Shown: piece after piece, positions 25,869 to 39,900 of the stretch
Layout of the letters: the number at the start of each line of letters is the position of its first letter
Numbering within the stretch: the first letter of the stretch is position 1
Source of the DNA: Octopus sinensis
Lineage: Eukaryota
Direction of reading: 5' to 3'
Assembly: GCF_006345805.1 (NCBI RefSeq)
Contig: NC_042999.1
Coordinates: forward strand, 37,572,001 to 37,636,000
Length of the DNA stretch: 64,000 nucleotides
Notes under the pieces: generated by a model
Seen by the model: only the letters and a program-made list of their open reading frames with translations
Databases searched by the model: none
Told to the model about the DNA's origin: nothing
Made by a program: the position numbers and the translations under genes

Positions 25869-28800
25869 CCTTTCTACTGAAGGTGTAAGGCCTGAAGTTT
25901 GGGGGAAGGAGACTGGTCGATTACATTGATCCCAGTATTTCACTGGTACTTAATTTATCAACCTTGGCGGAATTTGAACTCAGAACATGAAGATGGATGG
26001 AATACCACTAAGCATTTTGCCAAGCACACCAACGATTCTGTCAGTTTGCGGCGGCGACGACGACGAACTGTTCTTATTCTTAAGCCATTTGCTTCTTCTT
26101 AGCTTATTGTTACTACAATGACTTATTTTCAACTAGCAAGCTGCATATCAATTCTGACCGATTCCACCCAAAGCACCATCTCTTTTCCTTATCCTTACTC
26201 TATTTCATTCACATCTAAATACTATACTAAATATTTTGCTCATTCATAGGTGTTAGGAAGGGCAGCATCTAGCTGTAGAAACTCTGCAAGATCAAGATTG
26301 AAGCCAGGTGCAGCCATCTGGTTCGCCAGCCCTCAGTGAAATCGTTCAACCCATGCTAGTATGGAAAGCGGACGTTAAACGATGATGATGATGATTTCTC
26401 TCCAGTGTCACACTGATTTTTCAGATAGACTCAAACGCAAACAGACTGACACACATATGCCTGTACATGCACACACACAATGGACTAGCTTCAGTTTCTG
26501 TCTATCAAATCCACTTAGAAAGCTTTGCTCAGCCCAAGGGTATAGTAGAAGAGACTTGCCCAAATTGTAGCACAGTGGGGCTAAATTTGAAACCAAACTT
26601 CTTATCCATGTAGCCAAATTTGTGTCTGGCTCAAAACCCACTGGGGCCGAATTTGCTTTCCATTATCCCAAGTTGAGGTTCAGCAGGGAAGAAGCAACAG
26701 AAGGATGCCCCTACCTTAGAAGGGGACGACACACCACAACGATTGACATTACTTAAAACCATGTAAATCAGTAACAGTACATCATTTTAATCTTACAGCA
26801 ATTGTGTTTTATACAGAACTGCACATGGTTGTCTTAACTGAGATAATGATAATAAGAGAAAGAGAGCTCTTGCTCCACTACCTACCAGTTGTGTACCATC
26901 AGTTTTTGGACAGCTATGAGGGCTTCGTAACGAACATTCGGATCTTCATGTGTGAGGTATTGCATCACAAGCTGTTTGGCACCAAGTTTTTCAATCACAC
27001 TGCAAAAGAAAAGGGTAATATTACCACTTAAAAAAAACGCAAATAAACAACAAATAAGAGATCCCTTAATTGGAGAACAGATAAGGGCTAGCAACAGGGG
27101 GATGAGGACACATCTGGGTGTAAAAAACCCCCCAAAAAACAGATCCTTTAATTGGAGAACAGATAAGGGCTAGCAACAGGGGGATGAGGACACATCTGGG
27201 TGTAAAAAAACCCCCAAAAAACAGAGATCCCTTAATTGGAGAACAGATAAGGGCTAGCAACAGGGGGATGAGGACACATCTGGGTGTAAAAAAAACCCAA
27301 AAAAACATTTGAATAAATATGATAGTGTTCTTACTATTTACGTCTAGAAGACACCCAATGTGCTGTGCAGTGGATCTGAACCCAAAACCATGTGCTTACA
27401 AAGCATATTTCTTAACTAAACAGCCATTCCTGTACCTATACATGCATGTGTGCGCGCGTGTGTGTGTGTGTGTGTGTGCATGCAAGGATGGTGAAATTAG
27501 TTGGGTGTATTTTCGGATATTATCTAATGTCAAGGTCAGCCTTGCATTTCCTTTCCCCAAGGCAGCTGACAACAAAATAAAAACAAAACCTTTGAAGACG
27601 GTGCCTCATTATAGTTGCAGACCAGTGACTGAAATCAGTAATACGAAATATCTAATTCATCAGCACCATTTTTAGTCTCTCTCTGTTCTGTATATGTCAC
27701 TTCTGATTGCTCACAGGCAATTTTCAACATGTGCATCACCCTGATCAATTAGAGAGATTTGGAAGCAAGGTCACAGCAAAATACCATGTGATATTTAGTT
27801 GTGTCCTGAATTCAAATCCTACTGAGTTTTGATAAAAATAATTTCCCCACAAAAATCTGAGGTTTTGTCTCCATGTTAGATGCCATTGTTATTATCATAC
27901 TTTTTCATTTCACAGCATGGATACAGAATACAAGGTTTTACTGTTTTTATTGTTGTTATTTGTTTTTTTATCATTTCTGTATATGTAAACCCCAACATTT
28001 TATTATCTGTCTTTGTACTGTTCCCCTCATCCGTTGTCAACCCCCAAAAAAATAAATAAAAGAAATCATTATTATTATCGAGCTGGCTGAATTGTTAGCA
28101 TGCCGGGCTAAATGCTTAGTGGTATTTTGTCTGTCTTTACATTCTGAGTTCAAATTCTGCTGAGGTTGACTTTACCTTTCATCCTCTCGGGGTTGATAAA
28201 ATAAGTACCAGTTGAACACTGGGGTTGATGTAATTGACTTACTCCCACCCCCCAAAATTGCTGCAATTTTTATTGCTGCAATTATTATTATTATCATCAT
28301 CATCATTATAAACACTGCACAGTATATAATATCAGGAGGTTGTTGACTGAAGATATTGTGTCTACTGGGGTGGGGGAGGGGGTGTTTGTACTGTTTGTCA
28401 AGTCACAACAAGGACCTCAGACAGACAGTACTATATGCAATATGTATGCAGTTCCAAGTAATGCTGACTTTCGCAATACACCTAGATTGTAGGGTATTTC
28501 TAAAGTTTTAGATTTATCTTCAGGTTGGGTGGTATTGAACCCAATGCTCCAACGACAATAGGGATAACCTTAATGTTCGACTCTCATAGCTGTCACATCT
28601 TAGCGATCTCAATTCTCAGGTCCCCCATATTTATCAACCTTTTCTCTTTCTTTCATGATGATACGTTGATCTCCTGGCACTGTCACGTCGATTATTAGGC
28701 ACTCTTGTTTGTCCCTCCTAAAGGTTACTATATCTGGCCTTTGGTGCTCTAATACCTTGTCTGTCTGGAAATCAGTCCCAGAGGATTTTTGCCTTCCTCT

Positions 28801-30957
28801 CTTCTGGTGTACGTTGGTACCAAGCACCTGTAACCTCGTATCCATACATATTGGCATAGTAGCCAGTGAAGTTTGGGCTACCTTGTTGTGTCTGTGCTTG
28901 TACTCATTCTGCACAAGACTTTCACAAGCACTAACAATGTGAGTCATGCTTTTGACTCTCTTCCCACACATTCTGCAGAGGTCCGTTGCACTTGTGTGGT
29001 ATATATTCTTTCTCACTGAGTTGGTATTCAATGCCTGGTCCTATGCAGCTATGATTATGCTTTCAGTATTCTTTTTCAGGTCATCATTATTATTGTTATT
29101 ATTATCAAAATAGTACTATACTATTTTGAAGGTATCAGAGCAGTTAGCATGTTGAACAAAATGCATAGTGGCATTTCTTTTATGTTCTGAGTTCAAATTC
29201 TGTTGAAGTTGACTTTGCTTTCATCCTTTCAGGGTTGATAAAATAAGTACCAGTAGAGCACAGGAGTAAATGTAATTAACTACAATTTCAGGCCTTGTGC
29301 TTATAGTAGAAAGGTTAATAATAATAATAATAATCATCATCATCGTTTAACGTCCGTTCTCCATGCTAGCATGGGTTGGACGGTTTGACCGGGGATCTGG
29401 GAAGCCAGAAGGCTGCACCAGGCTCCGGTCTTATCTGTCAACGTTTCTACAGCTGGATGCCCTTCCTAACGCCAACCACTCCGTGAGTGTAGTGGGTGCT
29501 TTTTACGTGCCACCTGCACTGGTGCCAGGCGAGGCTGGCATCGGCCACGGTCGGATTGGTGCATTTTATGGAAGCCAGTCGAGGCGGCACTGGCTTCGGC
29601 TACGATTCGGATGGTGCTTTTTACGTGCCACCGACACGGAAGCCAGTCAAGGCAGTGCTGGCATCGGTCACAATTCGGATGGTGCATTTTATGGAAGCCA
29701 GTCGAGGCGACACTGGCTACGATTCGGATGGTGCTTTTTACGATTATTATTATTATCATCATCAAAGGCAGTGAGCTGACAGAAGCATTAACATGCCAGA
29801 CAAAATACTCAGTGGTATTTCATCCAACTTTACATTCTGAGTTCAAATTCCACTGAGGCTGACTAACTTGTCATCCTTTTGGAGTCGATAAAATAAGTAG
29901 CAGTTGAACACTGTGGTCAATGTAATCGATTTGCCTCGCTGAAAAATCGCTAGTTTTGAGCCAAAATTAGAAACCATTATTACAGGTGGCAAGCTGGTTG
30001 TGTTGTTAGTACATCAGGCAAAATTCATAGCAACATTTCTTCTGGTTTTTATGTTCTGAGTTCAAATGCTACTGAGGTTGCCTTCTATCCATTCAGGGTC
30101 AATAAAGTAAGTACCAGTTAGGTAGTGGGGGTTGATGTATTCAACTTGCGGTCTTGTGATAAACTATTATTATCATTAAGGAAAAGGCCGTTGAGCTAGC
30201 AGAAACGTTAGCATGACAAAATGCTTGACAGAATTTTGATGCCGTCGAGAGGTAGGCCCTGAAACGGCGCGCATTCTATCCTGATGACCCCATACACTTG
30301 CTGGCTTCCGGTATACGGAGCTTTTGACTGGTAGCACTTGCATGTGCAAGTTGTTTGCAAGACATGTTTTTACATTCTGAGTTCAAATTTCACCAAGGTT
30401 GACTTTGTCTCTTTCATCCTTTCGGGACTGCTGAGCTCTAGAGTCGATATAATCAACTAAAACTTTCCCATCAAATTTCAGGCATTGTGTCTGTAGTAGA
30501 AAGGATTATTATTATTATTATTAAGGGTGGTGTACAGCCAGACTCATCAGAGTGTTGGAAAAAGTACCTTGCTGTATCTATTCTCGTTCTTTATATTCTG
30601 AGTTTAAATCACTTTGAAGTCAACTTCACTGTCCATCTATTTGAGGTCAATAAAATGAAATGGCAGTTAAGTATGGGGTGTGTGGGGGAGGGGAGTCAGT
30701 GGTATTGAGTCAACTCCTCTGTTCAAAAAATGCTGGCCTTATTACTGAAATTAAAAATCCTCCTAATATAGTAATTAAAGAAAAAAAAAGGCAAGGCTGT
30801 GTGGTTATAGAGATTGCTTTGGAACTATGTAGTTTTAGGTTCATTAACACTGAACAACACCTTGGGTTAGTATCTTTTACTATAGCTCTGAGCTGAACAA
30901 TGTGAGTGGATTTGATAAAAGGAAACTGTGTAGAAGCCCATTGTGTGTATATGTGTG

Positions 30958-30993
<36 letters not shown>

Positions 30994-33900
30994 TATTCCT
31001 GCCCCCTTGCTTTGACAAGTTTTTGTTAATGTTCCAGTAACTTAGCAGTTTGGCAAAAAAATCTGATAGAATAAATACTAGACTTAAAAAACAAGCACAG
31101 GGGTTGATTTACTTTGAAACAAGTCAAAGAAAAAAAATAAAGAGAAATAACAAAAAAAAAAAAAGAAGAAATCTGATATGAAAATTAAAAATACATCGAT
31201 TCTCTGAATCATTAAGAAATAACTTACTTCTTCCCTCGGGGGTAGTAGCGCACGTATTCACCAAAGTCATGAGCTGCTACTGAGAGAATAAGTGGATCCT
31301 TGCTGCTTTCAAGTAATCGAACTAAGATTCTGGAAACACAAAAATAAAGGAATTATTATTAGAAATAGTGAGAAAGAAATAGGAACATTTTGAAAATCTC
31401 AGTAAGAGATGAAAGCAGTAGCTGTACCAAGAAGCAATGTCCAATGCCACTCAAACATGATTGCTCTGTAGGAACCAACACTACTGCCATGTTTAAGTGG
31501 CAATAGTCATTAATATGAACATTACATTTCAAAATGGTTTTGGTCAAGCAGCGTCGCCTTACTGGCACGTGAACAAAACATTCGAGTGAGGTTGTTGCCA
31601 GTGCCGCTGGACTGACTCCTGTGCAGGTGGCATGTAAAAAACACCATTTTGAGCATGGCTGTTGCCAGTATTGCCAGACTGGCCCCCATGGCGTTGGCAC
31701 ATAGAAGCACCCAATATACTCTTGGAGTGGTTGGCGTTAGGAAGGGCATCCAGCTGTAGAAACTCTGCTAGATCAGATGGCGCAGTCATCTGGTTCGCCA
31801 GCCCTCAGTCAAATCGTCCAACCCATGCTAGCATGGAAAGCGGACATTAAATGATGATGATATAATTGTTATAGGAAAAGTACTAATTAGTAATAGTGCA
31901 TCATTCTAGGAAGTAGCCTTGCTTGATGTGAAATGGTCTTTCAGAAGACAAGAAAATAAAAGGAAGTCCTTCCCGAGCTGTAGACTCATAAGGCTGGTTT
32001 CCTGGAATTTTTGGTGGCGTATATATTCCTCACTGGACAGGATACCAGTTCATTGCAGGATTATTTATTTTTGCCAGCTGAGCGGAATGGATCGATGTGA
32101 AATGAAGTCTGTTGGTCAAGAACACAACGCATTGCCCAGTCCAGAAATTGAAATCACAATCTTTCGATCATTAGTGCAACACCCTAACCACTAAGCCACA
32201 TGCCTCCAGGAAATGATCTTCAGCTTATTTCAATAATCTGTTTCTACTGTTTCCTTCTACCAAATTCACACACTGTTTCCACCTACCAAATGGCTTGGAG
32301 TTATAGTAGAAAACATCCATTGTGCTATGCTGTGGAGTTGAACCACTAATCATGTGACTGCAAAGCATATTTCTTAACCACACAGCCATGCTATATGTGT
32401 GTGTCTGTGTGTGTGTGTGTATATATATATATCATCATCATCATCGTCATATATATATAATAATATGAGGGAATGTTATTCCAAACTTACAGGGAAAAAT
32501 TCAATTTAGAAATACTAAATCAAATTTCACAAAATATTATATATATATATAAATTAGAAAAACCTCCTTTTATCAATTCAATATTGAAAAATTAAATTAT
32601 ACCATCTAAATTATAGTATTTAGTTTTCACTTAATGTATATGTTGTATCTTATATATGTTTTAAATATTTTAATTAATTGTATTGTATTTTTTAAACAAG
32701 AATATATTTGTTAAGATATTTCGTAATTTACAAGATTATTTACGTATATTTATTAATTTATCTAATTAATTATTTTATTACTGTTGTTATCTTTAACCTG
32801 AAGAGTGGCTATATTTATATTGGAGTGATTTTACTACTACTACTATTATTTTCACTATTATCATTTTTTAAATATAGCCCACGAAACACGTGTTGTTATT
32901 CTACCAAATATATATATGTTTTATCTTATATTTAATTTTTTTATAATATGTAATTTAATTTTTAATATTGAATTGATAAAAGGTGGGTTTTTTCTAATTT
33001 ATATATATATATGGATAAAGGCAATGCTGATGCACTCCCTTTATATACTCAATAATGTGAGTAAGATATTTAGAAGAAATGATAGTAGGAACTTCATACA
33101 GTGTATTCCATGTAAATAAAGGATGCATGGAAAGACACACAGTAAGATGTCTTTCTGGCAGACTCATATGCACAGGGAAGCAGGACTTGAGATTTGATAG
33201 ATGAATAAGGTTACTTAACAGTTGACCTCAGTGAATTTTAACGAAGAATGTAAAGACAGACGAAATGCCGCTAAGCACTTTGTCCAGCATGCCATTTTAA
33301 TGATAAGAAATGGGTTTTAGATTTCCTCCGGCCACAAACAAACTCTACTGTTTTGTTTTCAATCAGTCATACTGAAATAAATTTGGACATCAACGACTTG
33401 ATCTAGAAGCTTGCGACGTAGTTATCTGAAACACATGGATACATGCAATCGTATATGTACAAAACACTCACTTAAGAAGCTCATAGTTCTTTTCGTTCAG
33501 CCTCATTGCATTTTCTCGCCAGAACCGATCAGATCTGTGCACAGGACTCCATTCAAGGCGGCCAGATTTTACTTCATTAGAATATTCATCAAATGAACTG
33601 AAAACAATATAAATAATGATAAATAGGTGCAAGAGTGGCAGTGTGGTTAATTAGTTTTCCTACACGAAAAATCATAGCTTCTGGTGTTTAAATAATATAC
33701 ATATATTAAGTAAATTGTATTGATAGCATTTTTACTACAGAGTGGCTTCTAAAGTATAATTCAAATTCATATATATATATAGATATATAGTTTAAATATC
33801 TAATACAAGTAAAATCAATGCAAAAAGTACTCCATCCAGTGAGAGATAAATATCAATTTAATTACACAACCAAAAGAGCTACTAATAATTTCATGATGAG

Positions 33901-36900
33901 AGATTGCTAAGTTTCTGAATCTATATATCTATTGTGTGTCATATAGTGGGCATCTTAGAATTGTTTTACTCTTTTACTCTTGTACTTGTTTCAGTCATTT
34001 GACTGCGGCCATGCTGGAGCACCGCCTTTTAATCGAGCAACTCGACCCCGGGACTTATTCTTTTGTAAGCCCAGTACTTATTCTATCGGTCTCTTTTGCC
34101 GAACCGCTAAGTAACGAGGACATAAACACACCAGCATTGGTTGTCAAGCAATGCTAGGGGGACAAACACACACACACATGCATATATATATATATATACA
34201 CACATATATACAACGGGCTTCTTTCAGTTTCTGTCTACCAAATCCACTCACAAGGCTTTGGTCGGCCCGAGACTATAGTAGAAGACACTTGCCCAAGATG
34301 CCACGCAGTGGGACTGAACCCGGAACCATGTGGTTGGTAAGCAAGCTACTTACCACACAGCCACTCCTGCGCTTTTTTTCGCTTTTTTTTTTTTTAATAT
34401 CTATAATTAAATATATTTCTCTCACTCGTTTTCTTATATATAAAAATCAAAGAATAAAAACATTATGGTAAAATTTTGACTGAGTTTGTCTTCAGCAATA
34501 ATACTAATAAATGCTACAGTGAAATGATCCAATGCAAGGGAGAATATTTAGAATTTACAAGTTACCTCTCCCTTAATTCAAACTATTGCCAAACACTAAA
34601 CATTAACTAACTATGGCTGTAGTCAGTGAAAGCTACATTAATAGTTGAGATAATACCCAAGCAAAAACAACTGATTTTGTACTGAATTCACAAGAGAAAA
34701 AAGTCCTATCGTAACATAGCCAAGGAGGGAAGAGATTTTATAAATTTGTATATATCTGAATGCGCTTTCATTTATTGTTCATTTTCTACTTTTTCCATTC
34801 ATTGGACTACGGCTGAGTGGGAGCACCACCCAGAGGGACTTTAGTTGAACAAATTGACTCCAGTACTCTTATGGGTCTTTTTTTCTTCTCAAGTTTGGTA
34901 CTTATTCTATCAATCTTTTTTGCCAGACTGCTAAGTAAAGCACAGTTTGAGTAGAGAATAAATATATAATATATACATACATAACCCGTGCTAGCGCGGA
35001 AAACGGACGTTAAACGATGATGATGATGATGATACATATATAATACATATATATACATACATACATACATACATATACACATATATATATATACATACAT
35101 ATATATATATATACATACATACATACATACATACACATACATACATACATACATACATATATACATACATACATACATACATATAAATACATATATATAT
35201 ACATACATATATATATATAATATATTCTCAACTCAGACTGTGCTTTCTATGCATTCCCATTGAATCCTCCGTGTGTTAACATGGGTCTCCTAACAACAAA
35301 GTAAACTTCATATAATCAAGATACCCTTGACCTGAAGAGTAAGCCTGCGGTATACATCTTACTTGGATATTTACTACTTTTGAGGTTATGCTTGCTACGA
35401 AACATATGTAGCCAGAATTTTATCGACGCCATTCCTTAACTCTTGGATTTTTATTCACATACCCAGAAACCCTGGCTGCCAACCGTGAAATATAAAATAA
35501 TTTTTTTCAGTTTATCATACTTTGATATGGGGAAAAATCCACAACCTTCTGCACCAATAAACTACTATTGTTCCTGACAGTTGCTTTTTTTATATTTTCT
35601 ATGGATTGCTTGAAGAAAAGAATAAAATTAAAAGAATACAAGAACAAAGAAACAGGAATTTCTACCTCAAGTCTTGGACAGAAGCCAACAATTTCTCTTG
35701 TAGATATTTCAAGTCATCCTCAAACTCTGGATCCTCATTCTTGCGGGCTTCAATTAATTCCAGCTGCTTCAGTACCTTGCATTGTACCATGGCCAAAGCA
35801 TGTTCCTGAATGACATCATTCTCACTAGTTTTCTCTAGAAGGTTCTGAAAACAACAGGCAAAACAATGTAGAATATTAAGTGATGGAAATCTAGGAAATT
35901 TTAACAAACAAAAAGGAAAGAGGTGTAGGGGGATGTCAGTTCCCAAATAAAATAACTGTTTCTGATACAGACCCAAGGCCTGAGATTTGGGTGGGTGAGT
36001 GTAAGAGATTAGTCAATTACATTGATTTAGTATTTGACTGGTACCTTCTTTTTTTTTTTTTATTGATCCCAAAAGGATGGAAAGCAATGTTGACCTCGGT
36101 AAGATTTGAACCAACAATGTAAGGTGCTGGAAAATTTATTGCCAATTACTTTGTCTAATGTTCTAATAATTTTGGCAGTTCACTTCTCTCAAAATAATAG
36201 CATAAAATACAAACAATCAGAGGAGTGTTTTGATTTGGCATATAACAAATATTTATAGACAGTAGAAGAGTACATTTTCACTGGATCAACAATACAGAGC
36301 AGGCATGGCTGTGTGGTTAAGATGTCTGCATTGCGGCCATGTCATTTCAGGTTCAAACCTGTGTAGCACCATGAATAAGTGTCTTCTACCAGTGGAATTC
36401 GGTAGACAGAAAATGAGCAAAAGCCAGACATACATGCACATCAAGTTTTTATTTTTTAGTTAGGAGGGAAGGCAGTATCCATGATCCTTCACGGGACCTC
36501 CGACACTAGTGGGTCAGAGGGAGGAAGGTATCCTCAATTTGGAGCCTTAGCCAAATGGTTACAATAGAGTAGATAGTGCCAAAGACACCCATGATGCCAG
36601 GTGGTAGGTGAGGAGGGGACTAGTCGATCACATCGAACTCAACACTGGACTGGTACTTTATTCTATCAACCCCCAAATTAACAACCTTATAGCATTTAAA
36701 CTGGTCATATCTGGCCAAAATACTCTGCCTGTTTTATGTTAAAAATGACCTGATCCTACATCTTACACCTACCTTACAATGTCATTCTAAAAATAAACAA
36801 TCACATCATCAAAATCTCAAAGCTATGAGATAATGCATGATTAACTCGAAACAATGGGAATAAATAAATATTACATTTAACAGAATAATCTGAATGCTAA

Positions 36901-39900
36901 AGGGTTAACTCTCTTAACTCTTTTACTTGTTTCAGTCATTTGACTGCGGCCATGCTGGAGCACTGCCTTTAATCGAGCAAATCAACCCTGGGACTTATTC
37001 TTTGTAAACCCAGTACTTATTCTATCGGACCCTTTTGCTGAACCGCTAAGTGACGGGGACATAAACACACCAGCATCAGTTGTCAAGTAATGCTAGGGGG
37101 ACAAACACAGACACACAAACATACACACACACACATATATATATACACATATATACGATGGGCTTCTTTCAGTTTCCGTCTACCAAATCCACCCACAAGG
37201 CTTTGGTCGGCCCGAGGCTATAGTAGAAGATACTTGCCCAAGGTGCCACGCAGTGAGACTGAACCCGGAACCATGTGGTTGGTAAACAAGCTACTTACCA
37301 CACAGCCACTCCTGCGCCTAAGAGAAATTTGAACTCAGAACACCATAACTAAATATCACACAGGTATTTTGTTCAATGCTCTAATGATTCCATTGGAATA
37401 TATTCAACAGTTTACTGCAACCCACCACCCTTTGAAATACTACCGCTGCTGCTGCTACTACTACTACTACAAATGCTGCTGCTACTATTACTACTTACCC
37501 GGAATGTTGATAAAATGATCCTGCTGACTTTCTCTTTAACTGATTCACTGAGAATATCAGACAAAATTTCAATGATATTGTATCTGAAGAATAAGAAAAA
37601 GAAAGAAACGGATTCATAAACATCATTGCTGTTACCAGTCTTAATAAATATTTCTCCATTAATACAGTTCTATATTTAAGAGATGAGGAATTATGTACAT
37701 TATCTACATTATTTACATTGGATGGATACGCCCATGGGTATATGGCATAATGGTTAAGAGAGTGGGCTACTAACCCAAAGATTCCGAGTCTGATTCCAGG
37801 CAGTGACCTGAATATCATCATCATTGTTTAATGTCCGTTCTCCATGCTAGCATGGGTTGGACGGTTTGACCAGGGATCTGGGAAGCCAGAAGGCTGCACC
37901 AGGCTCCAGTCTGATCTGGCAGTGTTTCTACAGCTGGATGGCCTCCCTAACGCCAACCACTCCATGAGTGTAGTGGGTGCTTTTTACGTGCCACCTGCAC
38001 AGGTGCCAGGCAAGGTTGGCAAAGGCCACGATCGGATTGGTGCATTTTACGTGCCACCGGCACGGAAGCCTGCCAAGGCGGTGCTAATAATATCGAAAAA
38101 TACCTTAGGAATGAGAACCCAGGTTTGAAATTTCCCCAAGACACCTGAAGAAGGCTGGAGCCAAAACGTTGTGTTAACTACAAACAAGATGAGGACAAAT
38201 ATCTGTCAAATGTAAATAATGAATTTCTCCATTAATACATAGTTGTGAATGTAGTTATAGTAGAGTATAGCTTATCTGTAAAGTATGACTTTTAAATATT
38301 TCATCTTATTCTGAACTGGTTATTTCAAGACCTCTGTGTTCTACAACTGCACAGTTACAGTGAAATGGTAGCAAGCACAGGTGAAGTTGGTTCTGGGGAT
38401 TGATTTGATACACAGTTGAACCATTCTACTACATGTTTACTCTTTGTGCCTTAGATATTCTGCCTTAATCAAGTCATCTAGTGAGACATTGTTTCTAAAA
38501 TGTTCTTTAAACACAATCATTAACCCCTTAATGGATTATCCAGAGTTTACTTGTACATCGCAAATGTATCTTTTTAGAATCGGACGAGTATACTTGGTCA
38601 AAATTAACTTTTAATTTTAGCACTCAAATGAGTTTATTTGTTTTGTGTCATTTCATTTTTGAGTAATCACGAATTTACTTGTGGAAAAAATATTATAAAA
38701 AAGTATTTTTTCATTTGATGGATTTAGCTATCTGGAATGCTTATATTTTGTATAAAGCATCTTTGGAAGCTTCAGCTTTTGCTATGAAACTGCTGAAATT
38801 TAGAATGCAAATAATCATCAAGATTATTGAAAAATATAAGCCCCTTATTGCCTCCCATGAAACCATGAAGACCATCACCATCCAACAAGATTTGCCCCAG
38901 CTGGTCATTTTCCCATGGAAATACCACCAAGTGATAAGAAAAAGAACCCTACAAGACAGTGTGCAAAATGCGCAGAGAAGAGAGACACTAAAGAGAAAGC
39001 AGATACATGTGTGATGTCTGCAAGATAACTTTGTGTGTAACTCCTTGTTTTAAAAATTATCATTCTAAATAAACTGACAATCTCATTTTTAAAAAATTTT
39101 CTTTTGAATTAATTATAAAAAATTGAAGATAGTTAAGTTATATGTATTTTTTCAATGTCTGAGTTAACTCGTTTAAATCCAAATAAGTAAAAGTACATTT
39201 TAATTTCTATAATGAAAAATAAAGGAAATGAGATAAAAGACTTTTTTTTGTAATTAACACAGTATATATAATTAAAAAAGGAAATAAAAAAAATATGCCC
39301 TGAAATGAAACACCATCTCAAAATAATTGATCCATTGAGGGATTAATGATAATAATAAAATAATTTTTTTTGTTGCTGGTATAAAGCCTGAAATTTTGTG
39401 GGAGGAGAGTAGTTAATTATATTAACCTCAGTTGCTTATCTACTACATATTTCATTGACCCCGAAAAGATGAAAGGCAAAGTCAACTTTGGAGGAATTTG
39501 AACTCTAAATGTAAATCTGGAAGAAACACCATTTAGCATTTTGTCTGGAGTGCTAATGATTCTGCCAGCTCACTGCCCTAATGGCTTAATAGTTTCAAAT
39601 TTTGGCACAAGGCCAGCAATTTTTAGGGGAGGTGAAAAGTTGATTACATTGACCCCAGTGCTCAATGGTACTTATTTTATTGACTCCCAAAAGGATGAAA
39701 GGCAATGTTGACCTTGGCAATATTTGAACTCACAACGCAAATATGGATAAAATTCTGCTAAGCATGTTGTCTGATGTGCTAACGATTTTGTCAGCTCATT
39801 GCCTTAACAATGATGATGATAATAATAATAATGATTACATTTATTTTCCACAAGGGCAAAGGATAAGAGGGGGAAAATACAGAGACTGACATACAGTGTG

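Noticed and set aside
27058-27307. CRISPR-like regular repeats
   Set aside because: Units repeat in full with no unique spacers, in a eukaryotic intron.
30236-30290. CCGTCGA...GAAACGGCGCG and nearby CTGATGA as a hammerhead
   Set aside because: No consistent stems and no valid UH site; at best a degenerate remnant.
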